Of a DNA stretch of 32,000 bases, positions 7,501 through 15,087 are shown one piece after another. The notes under the pieces are model-generated. The model had not been told where the DNA came from, searched no databases, and worked only from the letters and a program-made list of their open reading frames with translations. Source of the DNA: an uncultured bacterium (lineage in GTDB: Bacteria > Auribacterota > JACPWU01); NCBI GenBank assembly GCA_964640155.1, contig CAZXEQ010000006.1:129013-161012 (forward strand), read 5' to 3'. How positions within the stretch are numbered: the first letter of the stretch is position 1; each line of letters starts with the position of its first letter. Made by a program: the position numbers and the translations under genes.

Positions 7501-8844
7501 ATGATTTCTCAACCTAAAATCTTACTGAGTATTCTTCCCATGTTTTGGCCTAAATATCCTCCTTTGGGCTTAGGATATTTGCAAGCCTATCTTCTGGAGC
7601 AAGGTATTCAAGCAGACATTCTTGATTTGAATAATTGTTTCTACCAACTTGCAGATTCTGAGCTTAAAAAAGATTGGCTGGTCAGCGCCAATACTTTTCT
7701 AGAAAAGAAAATCATCCCTACTTTAAGGGAGCATTACGCTGAAGAACTTGAAGCCCATCTCAACAAAATGCTCGAATATGACATCATTGGATTTTCCTGT
7801 TTTAAAAGTAATTTTGAAAACACAATGAACATCATTCAAATTCTTAAAGCAAGAAAACCTCAGATCAAAATTGTTGTTGGAGGGCCCGAGCTCGCTCGGC
7901 AATATTTCAAAACAAATGGAGATTTTTCGCCCGAGCTAAAATCTCTTGTTGACCATATTGTGGTGGGCGAAGGAGAAGACAGTTTTTATCAATATATTGT
8001 AGGCTACAAACAATCCAATTCATCCCTACCACCTTCAATTTTTTCTCAAACCAAAGATCTTTTGAGTCTTCCTCATCCTAAATTTGTAGGTCTTGATTTT
8101 AAAAATTATCGCATCAATGCTGTTCCTATCGAATTTTCACGTGGATGTGTGAGAAAATGCAATTTTTGTTCTGAGCGATTGCTTTTTCAAGGATATCGCA
8201 CACGTTCCATAGAAGGAATTATTTCAGAAATTGAATTTTACAAACGCGAACGCAACATTCAATACTTCATATTCTTCGACTCCATGCTCAATGGTAATTT
8301 AAAACAATTTGAAAAACTTGTTAATGCAATTTTAGAACGGTTTGGTTCAATTCATTGGGAAGCCCAAATGGCGGTACGAGAAGACATGAATGAACAATTC
8401 ATGGAAAAGATCAAGAAAAGTGGCTGCTATAATATTTTTATCGGTCTAGAATCAGGATGTGATCGAACCCTTCAAAAAATGAACAAAGGTTTTACATCTG
8501 CTCAAGCAGAAAGATTTTTTCAAAAATTACATGCAGCCAATCTTCATTTTGGCGTCAGCATGATGGTGGGTTACCCTGGAGAAACCGAAGAAGATTTTGA
8601 AGAAAGTCTTCAATTTATTCTCAAAAATCGTCATCTGATTCCTAAAATAGAACAAGTTAATCCCTTTACTTATTATGAAGGAACAAAGGCTGAACGCGAC
8701 GGAGATTATCGTCTGAACCTTTCTTCGTTAAATCGTATGCATCGCTTCGTTGAAGAAATCACCCAACACAATATGCGCTATACCAAAGCTTTTATCGGGA
8801 ATCTTATAGAGAAATCATACTATGCTAATGCCAATGCAAATTAA
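7501..8844 (+). CDS. Class B (B12-binding-domain type) radical SAM enzyme
   Basis: N-terminal Rossmann-like region (IIGFSCF, KIVVGGPE) followed by FSRGCVRKCNFCSE (CxxxCxxC). First ATG used. The ORF-track start is TTG 7483. No clear SD for either. Confidence 0.8.
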   Translation: MISQPKILLSILPMFWPKYPPLGLGYLQAYLLEQGIQADILDLNNCFYQLADSELKKDWLVSANTFLEKKIIPTLREHYAEELEAHLNKMLEYDIIGFSCFKSNFENTMNIIQILKARKPQIKIVVGGPELARQYFKTNGDFSPELKSLVDHIVVGEGEDSFYQYIVGYKQSNSSLPPSIFSQTKDLLSLPHPKFVGLDFKNYRINAVPIEFSRGCVRKCNFCSERLLFQGYRTRSIEGIISEIEFYKRERNIQYFIFFDSMLNGNLKQFEKLVNAILERFGSIHWEAQMAVREDMNEQFMEKIKKSGCYNIFIGLESGCDRTLQKMNKGFTSAQAERFFQKLHAANLHFGVSMMVGYPGETEEDFEESLQFILKNRHLIPKIEQVNPFTYYEGTKAERDGDYRLNLSSLNRMHRFVEEITQHNMRYTKAFIGNLIEKSYYANANAN

Positions 8845-9685
8845 GGAAGTAAAAGCCGAGCGCATGCTCAATCCTACATCCATAGATTTGGGTGAATTCG
8901 TCATCAACCCCTACAAGGGATGTGAATTAGCCTGTGTCTATTGCTATGTCAAAACCAATCGCACAACTTCTGAAAATCCTCTTCCCTGGGGAAGTTATTT
9001 AGACATTAAAACCAATTCCCCAGAACAATTACAAAAAGAACTAAAAACAAAAAAAGTGAATACGGTTCTTTTAGGTTCTACAACAGAACTTTTTCAACCC
9101 ATGGAAAGACAATATCATCTTTCACAAAAAATCATCGAGATTCTCAATCAAGAAAAAATTCATTATGTTATTTTAACGCGTTCTCCCCTGATTTTAGATG
9201 CACTTGATTTATTAGATCCCGTCTTATGCAAAAAGATTTATTTTACTGTGAATCTTTTTAATCACTCGTACAAACGTGTACTTGAACCTAAAAGTGCGGA
9301 CTTTCAATCAAGAGCTAAAGCCATTGAGCAACTCATAAGGAAAGGACTTCACGTCATTACTTACTTTTGTCCTGTTCTCCCATGGATTTCAGAATATGAG
9401 AAAGCTTTCGAATTCTTTTCACATTCAAATCCACTCGAATTTGAATTTCTTAATTTTAATTTAAAACACATCGATGAAATCATTGAAAAGATTAACTCTG
9501 TCAATCCCGAAATAGGCGAACGCTTCAGAAAGATGCAAAGAGATGTTTCTTTTTATAATCAGGTTTGGGATGAAATACGAGGAAAAATTGAACCTCTTGC
9601 CCAGGCCAGTGGTAAAAAATATCGATTTTTTACACATACTTATGAAGGTTTTTTTGAGAATAGATACAATGCCCCAGCCATTTGA
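8822..9685 (+). CDS. Radical SAM enzyme of the SplB / COG1533 ('DNA photolyase-like') type
   Basis: INPYKGCELACVYCYV (CxxxCxxC close to the N-terminus), about 285 aa. Overlaps the upstream radical SAM gene by up to 23 nt. Alternative ATGs at 8828 and 8834. Confidence 0.75.
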   Translation: MLMPMQIKEVKAERMLNPTSIDLGEFVINPYKGCELACVYCYVKTNRTTSENPLPWGSYLDIKTNSPEQLQKELKTKKVNTVLLGSTTELFQPMERQYHLSQKIIEILNQEKIHYVILTRSPLILDALDLLDPVLCKKIYFTVNLFNHSYKRVLEPKSADFQSRAKAIEQLIRKGLHVITYFCPVLPWISEYEKAFEFFSHSNPLEFEFLNFNLKHIDEIIEKINSVNPEIGERFRKMQRDVSFYNQVWDEIRGKIEPLAQASGKKYRFFTHTYEGFFENRYNAPAI

Positions 9686-10376
9686 AACCCTTTTTGGAAC
9701 AAAAGCTGAAGAAGTTAAAAAAACTTGTATACTCCTCCCCACCTTACCTAAAGGGATCTTAAAGAATTTTGGCATTGCAGTTTTAAACAAAGGAGCTCTG
9801 TATGCAACAGCTCACACATCAAACCTTACATTGATTCATACCAAAATGGGTGCTGGTTTTGTGGGAGACGTAGTTCTTTATCTTAAAGAAACACCTTGTG
9901 AGAAAATCATTTTATTTGGATCTTGTGGAGTTCTACCTTCAGAAAAAGCTCTAAACTTGGGAGATTTGGTCTGTCCTGACAAATCTTTTAACCTAGAAAG
10001 CTTTACTGAATTTCTTGAAAGCCCTTCTCAACCTCTAAAAAGCTATTCGCCTGATCCACATTTTTTAAAATCATTTTTAAATTTACACTCAAACTTAAAT
10101 TTGAAAACGGCAACTTGTGGTACGGTAGGTTCACTTAAATTAGAAGAAGAACGTTTGGAATGGTTACTTGAACAGGGCATTGACATCGTCGATATGGAAA
10201 GCTCAGCTTTTTTTGCTGCAGCTAAAAAAACGAACTTGCAAGCACTGGCACTTTTTTATGTGTCTGATCAAGTTCCAAATCAGCTCTTTTATCAGGTAAG
10301 GACTCAGGAACAAAATGAACAAATTTTTTCCAGCATTAACAATGCAATCTTGTCTATCAAAGCATATTCTTCATAA
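9669..10376 (+). CDS. PNP/UDP-family (nucleoside phosphorylase / nucleosidase fold) protein
   Basis: Pattern HTKMGAGFVGDVVLYL..KIILFGSCGVL..LGDLV and IVDMESSAFF is typical of the PNP_UDP_1 fold. The ORF opens at 9543, but I placed the start at ATG 9669, which gives a 17-nt overlap with the upstream stop. The start is uncertain. Confidence 0.65.
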   Translation: MPQPFETLFGTKAEEVKKTCILLPTLPKGILKNFGIAVLNKGALYATAHTSNLTLIHTKMGAGFVGDVVLYLKETPCEKIILFGSCGVLPSEKALNLGDLVCPDKSFNLESFTEFLESPSQPLKSYSPDPHFLKSFLNLHSNLNLKTATCGTVGSLKLEEERLEWLLEQGIDIVDMESSAFFAAAKKTNLQALALFYVSDQVPNQLFYQVRTQEQNEQIFSSINNAILSIKAYSS

Positions 10377-10420
10377 ATACGGGTGACCGGCGAACTTGAG
10401 TCATTGAACATAGATTATCA

Positions 10421-10559
10421 GAGAAGGATTGCTTTTTTAGAGCGTTGACGAGGCTTGTGACCATGGGCCCCGATCAATATCGGGGTGAACAAGCCGAATC
10501 ATCGAGTGAATTTTCATCGGCGGTGAAAATTCACGTATCCTAAAAAAGCAATCCTTCTC
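10421..10559. repeat. 20-bp perfect inverted repeat enclosing a GC-rich three-way-junction element (candidate structured RNA or elaborate bidirectional terminator)
   Basis: 10421-10440 GAGAAGGATTGCTTTTTTAG is the exact reverse complement of 10540-10559. Internal stems: 10452-58/10489-95, 10468-74/10479-85 and 10506-14/10526-34. A T-rich run follows on the plus strand (10560-10580). Confidence 0.6.
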
Positions 10560-10574
10560 CTTTTTACCTCTCTT

Positions 10575-12203
10575 TTATTCATCGTTCTCTGATGTTTTCC
10601 CACGCTCAAAAAAATCATTCCCCTTATCATCGCAAACAATAAAAGCTGGAAAATTTTTAACGCGTATTTTTCGTATGGCTTCCATTCCCAACTCTTCAAA
10701 ATCAACAATCTCTGAACTCAAAATATTTTCTTTTGCTAGAACAGCTGCAGGACCTCCAATAGAGCCCAAATAAAAACCTCCGTATTTTTTACATGCCTGT
10801 GCCACCACCTTTGAACGATTTCCTTTGGCCAATGAAATTAAACTTCCCCCTTTTGACATAAATTCATCCACATAACCATCCATGCGTCCCGCCGTTGTGG
10901 GACCAAAACTACCTGTGGGCATCCCTTGAGGAGTTTTCGCTGGCCCCGCATAATAAATGGGATGATTCTTAAAATATTCGGGCATTGGCTTTCCCTCATC
11001 TAACATTTTTTTAATGCGAGCATGGGCGACATCTCTAGCCACAATCAACGTCCCATTCAAAGAAAGTCGAGTTTTGATGGGATATTTTGAAAGGGTTTTG
11101 AGTATGTCTTTCATAGGTTGATCAAGATTGATCTCTACAACGGCTTGCTCTTTTAAATCTTGTTCGCTAGGTAAAAAGCGTCCTGGATTTTTATCTAATT
11201 CTTCCAGAAAAACTCCTTCACTTGTGATTTTTGCCTTAATGTTACGATCCGCACTGCAACTCACTCCAATACCTACTGGACAAGAAGCTGCATGCCGAGG
11301 TAAACGAATCACTCGCACGTCATGCGCCAAATATTTTCCACCAAATTGGGCTCCTATTCCCGTCATACATGACATATCATAAAGCTTTTTCTCCCATTCT
11401 AAATCTCGAAAAGCCTGGCCCCATTCATTCCCCGATGTAGGAAGTCCATCTAAATCACCCGAAGTTGCTAATTTTACAGTTTTGAGATTGGCTTCTGCGC
11501 TAGTTCCTCCAATTACAACTACAATGTGATAAGGAGGACAGGCTGCTGTTCCCAATGTGAATAATTTTTCTTTTAAAAATGCCTCTAGCGATTTTTCATT
11601 AAGCAAAGCCTTTGATTCTTGATAAAGAAAACTTTTATTGGCCGAACCTCCGCCTTTAGCTAAGAATAAAAAGTGATACTCATTGCCCTGCGTCGATTCA
11701 ATTTCAATTTGGGCAGGTAAATTAGTTCCCGTATTTTTTTCCTCAAAAATAGAAATAGGAGCCAATTGTGAGTAGCGCAAATTTCTGTTTTGAAAAGCCT
11801 CATAAATTCCCTTTGAAAGATAAACTTCATCTTCTCCTCCCGTCCAAACCTGTTCTCCCTTATAAGCCATCACAATGGCTGTTCCCGTGTCTTGGCAAGA
11901 AGGAAGTTGGCCCTGGGCAGCAATCTGTGCATTTTTCAGTAAAGTCATCGCGACAAAGCGATCATTGGCGGAAGCTTCAGGGTCCTGAAGAATTTTAGCG
12001 ACTTTTTCCAAATGAGCAGTTCTCAAGAAAAATGAAACATCACTAAATGCCTCCCGAGTAAGCTTGGTTAAAGCCTCAGGTTCAATCACAAGAACTTTTC
12101 GTCCCAGCGCTTCTTTTATAGAAATATGCTCTTTGGTTAAAAGACGATATTTTGTGGAGTCTTTTTCTAAGGGAAAAGGCTTTTGATAATGAAAATCGGG
12201 CAT
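10575..12203 (-). CDS. fumA: Class I (Fe-S) fumarate hydratase, FumA/FumB type
   Basis: 542 aa, collinear with my recollection of E. coli FumA: FHYQKPFPL.., [60 protein letters not shown] lies 8 nt upstream of the ATG. Confidence 0.92.
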   Translation of the reverse strand: MPDFHYQKPFPLEKDSTKYRLLTKEHISIKEALGRKVLVIEPEALTKLTREAFSDVSFFLRTAHLEKVAKILQDPEASANDRFVAMTLLKNAQIAAQGQLPSCQDTGTAIVMAYKGEQVWTGGEDEVYLSKGIYEAFQNRNLRYSQLAPISIFEEKNTGTNLPAQIEIESTQGNEYHFLFLAKGGGSANKSFLYQESKALLNEKSLEAFLKEKLFTLGTAACPPYHIVVVIGGTSAEANLKTVKLATSGDLDGLPTSGNEWGQAFRDLEWEKKLYDMSCMTGIGAQFGGKYLAHDVRVIRLPRHAASCPVGIGVSCSADRNIKAKITSEGVFLEELDKNPGRFLPSEQDLKEQAVVEINLDQPMKDILKTLSKYPIKTRLSLNGTLIVARDVAHARIKKMLDEGKPMPEYFKNHPIYYAGPAKTPQGMPTGSFGPTTAGRMDGYVDEFMSKGGSLISLAKGNRSKVVAQACKKYGGFYLGSIGGPAAVLAKENILSSEIVDFEELGMEAIRKIRVKNFPAFIVCDDKGNDFFERGKTSENDE

Positions 12204-12367
12204 TTAATTTCTCCTAAGCACTTTTAATCTATAATAATTAATTGTACACATCATCAACTAGCAGATTAGCTGAAGTAGGATGCAAGAAACATGAAGCAAG
12301 AAATTACCATACATCATCCTTCATTTTCATGCTTCGTACTTCTTATTTCATGCTTCATGTGACAATT

Positions 12368-12396
12368 ATTCTAACAATCTCTCTAGCTAATGTCAT
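12368..12396 (-). promoter_or_regulatory. Candidate sigma70-type promoter for fumA (ATGACA-17-TAGAAT)
   Basis: Minus strand: ATGACA (12396-12391), 17-nt spacer, TAGAAT (12373-12368). It would give a 5' UTR of about 155 nt that contains the repeat motifs at 12289-12360. Confidence 0.3.
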
Positions 12397-12422
12397 AAAA
12401 AACATTCCTAATTTCAGAATAA

Positions 12423-12431
12423 TGGTATAAT
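12423..12431 (+). promoter_or_regulatory. Extended -10 promoter (TGgTATAAT) placed for a leaderless transcript of the VOC gene
   Basis: TG at 12423-24 and TATAAT at 12426-31. Only 6 nt separate the -10 from ATG 12438, and there is no SD in between. Confidence 0.45.
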
Positions 12432-12437
12432 AGCTGC

Positions 12438-13040
12438 ATGGATGCTGCTGAAAAAGTGATTGTTAGATATATTGAAGATTATCTTAAGAAAAATAAAGCT
12501 GCTCATTACATTGCCACTGAGCTAGAAAAAGTGGGCATTGGTTTTCGCCCCGTTGCAGATCATATTACCCTTAGAACTTCTGATGTTTACGCAAGAGCCA
12601 AAAAATTCTTTAATCTTGGTTTTAAACGCGATTGGAGCATTGGTCCCAAAGGCATTTTAGATTATGGAGACTGGTTTGCCATTGTACTGAGAAAACCTGG
12701 ACTTCCTGCCATTTTCATTGACCAAGGTAAAATGGGAGAAGAAGGTAAAACCAGTGTTATTCCCGGATGGGTCAAAAAATTTGGAGACAATACGCTTCAC
12801 CATGTCGCTATTCAAGTTGATAATATTGAAAATGCCGTTGAAAAAATGACTAAGGCGGGAATCGAGTTTACAGGATCTATTGTAGGAAAGAAAAATTCGG
12901 TTTTGCGTCAAATCTTCACAAAACCCGAAGTCCTTAAAGGAGAATCCTTTTCTGTTCTAGAATTGACTGAAAGACATGAAGGATATATGGGGTTTCAACC
13001 TCCGCAAGCAGATCAATTAATGAGATCGACAAGAAGATAG
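12438..13040 (+). CDS. VOC (glyoxalase/dioxygenase) superfamily protein
   Basis: 200 aa. HHVAIQVDNIENAVEKM..GIEF and FSVLELTERHEGYMGF resemble paired beta-alpha-beta-beta-beta VOC modules, like the HPPD C-terminal region. Assignment is by motif recall only. Confidence 0.6.
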   Translation: MDAAEKVIVRYIEDYLKKNKAAHYIATELEKVGIGFRPVADHITLRTSDVYARAKKFFNLGFKRDWSIGPKGILDYGDWFAIVLRKPGLPAIFIDQGKMGEEGKTSVIPGWVKKFGDNTLHHVAIQVDNIENAVEKMTKAGIEFTGSIVGKKNSVLRQIFTKPEVLKGESFSVLELTERHEGYMGFQPPQADQLMRSTRR

Positions 13041-13090
13041 TCACCGGTTGCCAGTCTTCGGTCACCAGTAAAAACTACAATAGATTGAAT

Positions 13091-13125
13091 ACTTAAAAAC
13101 TTCAAACTTGGAACTTGAAACTTGG
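13091..13125 (+). repeat. Five AACTT/ACTT units at 7-8 nt spacing, including a 14-nt tandem duplication
   Basis: ACTT at 13091, 13099, 13106, 13113 and 13120. AACTTCAAACTTGG (13098-13111) is followed by AACTTGAAACTTGG (13112-13125). The TTG start of the next ORF (13122) lies inside the last unit. Confidence 0.6.
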
Positions 13126-14861
13126 ATAAAGAGAAAATCTCCTCTATTCATCCAATTCTTACACCTCTAGATAAAAAAGACTTACCTCTACTTAAGAAAA
13201 CCGATCCCTCCTCTTTTCAAGAATTCTTAAATGATGCATCTCGCATGAAAGAGGGTCGAGCAGATGCTGTCAGTTTTCCTCAAACTGAAAAACAAATGGC
13301 TTCTTATCTATCCATTTGTCATAAGCACAGTATCCCCGTCACTCCAGCTGGAAATCATACAGGACTTGTAGGAGGAGCTATTCCATTAGAAGGAGAAGTG
13401 TTAGCAACTTCACTCTTCACCCAAATTTTCCCTGAGAAAACCGAAAATATTCTTGAAATCATTGAAGGCAAAGACGAATTTTCGCAAATTCCTTATCAAT
13501 TTTATTTAAAACATGAAGCTGATGGAAAAGTCCGAGCTGTGATTCCTCCTGGTTTACGTCTGGGAGAATTTCAAAAAAGAATTTCTGATCTCGGATATTT
13601 TTATGGACCAGACCCTACTGAAACCAATGCATTTTTAGGTGCCACGGTTGCCACCAATGCTTCTGGAGCTCGTACATTTAAATATGGAGCCACACGAGCT
13701 CATGTTCAGAAACTTCGATTAGCTTTAGCAACAGGTGATTTATTAGAAATAGAACGAGGGAAAATCCTAGAAAACAGTAAGATGTTCGAAATTATTTTAA
13801 CCCCATTAGAAAAACTTGAAATGGCACTTCCTTATTTACCTCTTCCAAAAACCAAAAACGCTGCCGGCTATTTCTGCCAAAAAAAAATGGATTTGCTAGA
13901 TCTATGGATTGGATCTGAAGGAACGCTCGGTGTTTTTACACGTATTGAATTAGATATACAAAAAAAACCTCAAACCATACTCAGTGGCATCGCATTTTTT
14001 AAGAACGATTCTACAGCCATTGATTTTGTCAAAACAACTCGAGAGCTTTCTTACAAAACATGGAATGAAAAAAATACTGATGGAATAGATGTTAGAGCCT
14101 TAGAATATTTTGATAGCCACTGTCTAGATATGATGAGAAAAAACAACTTAGGAATTCACATTCCCACTTCAAGCCAAGCAGCCATTTATTTTGAGCAAGA
14201 ATCAAGAACATCTATTGAACAAAATTTGCTTGAAGAAATAATTGCTTCCCTTCTTGAAAATAAAGAGTCAAAACCTCAACATCAAAAATTTTCAGAGCAT
14301 CCTTTTATTCAAATGCTCGGTCTTCTCAAAGAAAAAAGTATTTTTGAGGATTTAGAATTAGCCTTTCCCAATGAAGAGAAAGCTCAAAAAAAACTAAAAG
14401 AATTTCGACATCTTGTCCCTGTCACTGTTAATGAAATCATTGGGCATCACAAAAGAGAAAGTGGTTTACCTCATCTCTCAAAAGTTGCAACAGACACAGC
14501 TGTCCCCGATGAGTACTTAAGCTGCATGATGAAAATTTTTAAAGAAACACTTGAAGCCAGTGATATTCAATACGTTATTTTTGGGCATATTGGAAACAAT
14601 CACCTTCATGCAAACTTACTCCCCAAAAATGAAATGGAATTACAAAAGGCTAAAGAAACTTATCATGAGCTTTGCCGCTACGCAGTTAGCGTGGGAGGCA
14701 CTGTTTCAGCAGAACATGGCATTGGTAAACTCAAGCAACCTTCCCTCCAAATACTCTATGGGAAAGAGGGTATGCAAAAAATGGCCCAACTCAAGAAAAG
14801 TTTAGATCCCAAAGGAATTTTAGGCCGAGGAAATATTTTTCCAGTGAAGATGCTCTTTTAA
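13122..14861 (+). CDS. FAD-linked oxidase (GlcD / D-lactate dehydrogenase family)
   Basis: FAD-binding PCMH-type N-terminal region (AVSFPQTEKQMASYLSICHKHSIPVTPAGNHTGLVGGAIP) and C-terminal FGHIGNNHLHANL..SAEHGIGK. TTG start without SD, so the start is uncertain. Confidence 0.8.
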   Translation: MDKEKISSIHPILTPLDKKDLPLLKKTDPSSFQEFLNDASRMKEGRADAVSFPQTEKQMASYLSICHKHSIPVTPAGNHTGLVGGAIPLEGEVLATSLFTQIFPEKTENILEIIEGKDEFSQIPYQFYLKHEADGKVRAVIPPGLRLGEFQKRISDLGYFYGPDPTETNAFLGATVATNASGARTFKYGATRAHVQKLRLALATGDLLEIERGKILENSKMFEIILTPLEKLEMALPYLPLPKTKNAAGYFCQKKMDLLDLWIGSEGTLGVFTRIELDIQKKPQTILSGIAFFKNDSTAIDFVKTTRELSYKTWNEKNTDGIDVRALEYFDSHCLDMMRKNNLGIHIPTSSQAAIYFEQESRTSIEQNLLEEIIASLLENKESKPQHQKFSEHPFIQMLGLLKEKSIFEDLELAFPNEEKAQKKLKEFRHLVPVTVNEIIGHHKRESGLPHLSKVATDTAVPDEYLSCMMKIFKETLEASDIQYVIFGHIGNNHLHANLLPKNEMELQKAKETYHELCRYAVSVGGTVSAEHGIGKLKQPSLQILYGKEGMQKMAQLKKSLDPKGILGRGNIFPVKMLF

Positions 14862-14885
14862 AAGCAGGATCCCGTAAATAAAAGG

Positions 14886-15004
14886 GTGTCCTTCAAGTAA
14901 GAAACGGGGCCTGCCACTCGTCAGCCCCACCGTGCTCATGAAAAATTGCGCGTGGCGGGGCTCCCCGTAGAGTGTCACCCGTATTGTAAAGGACACACTT
15001 TTTT
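14886..15004 (+). terminator. Long GC-rich rod-like hairpin followed by T6 (elaborate intrinsic terminator or small structured RNA)
   Basis: P1 GTGTCCTT (14886-93) pairs with AAGGACAC (14989-96), followed by ACTTTTTT. Nested ACGGGG (14904-09) / CCCCGT (14963-68). Nested GCCCCACCGTGC (14924-35) / GCGCGTGGCGGGGC (14948-61). 52 of 80 bases are G/C in 14901-14980 (hand count). Confidence 0.5.
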
Positions 15005-15030
15005 GAGCACTATCAAAAGTAGAGTATAGT
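15003..15030 (+). promoter_or_regulatory. Candidate sigma70-type promoter for aroC (TTGAGC-16-TATAGT)
   Basis: TTGAGC 15003-08, 16-nt spacer, TATAGT 15025-30. It lies 58 nt upstream of the aroC ATG. Confidence 0.4.
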
Positions 15031-15087
15031 AGATTGTCACTGGCGCCTAACCCCTCACTTATGTTATTTTTATATTAAGGCAAACAA

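Noticed and set aside
10463-10543. 26-aa ORF (MGPDQYRGEQAESSSEFSSAVKIHVS) inside the GC-rich element, with GAGG about 10 nt upstream.
   Set aside because: The start and most codons are buried in the predicted helices. The peptide has no hydrophobic or conserved character. The nested base pairing accounts for the sequence better than coding does.
12242-12430. 62-aa ORF filling the fumA / VOC-gene intergenic region.
   Set aside because: It has a TTG start and no SD, and it spans a divergent promoter region. The sequence is better explained by the inverted and direct repeat motifs and promoter elements. It could only be revisited with ribosome-profiling evidence.
14917-14924. CUGACGAG on the minus strand of the second GC island, reminiscent of the hammerhead CUGAUGA core.
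   Set aside because: There is no stem II hairpin immediately after it, no correctly placed GAAA, and no cleavage-site helix arrangement. The octamer simply lies in the loop of the GGGGC/GCCCC hairpin.
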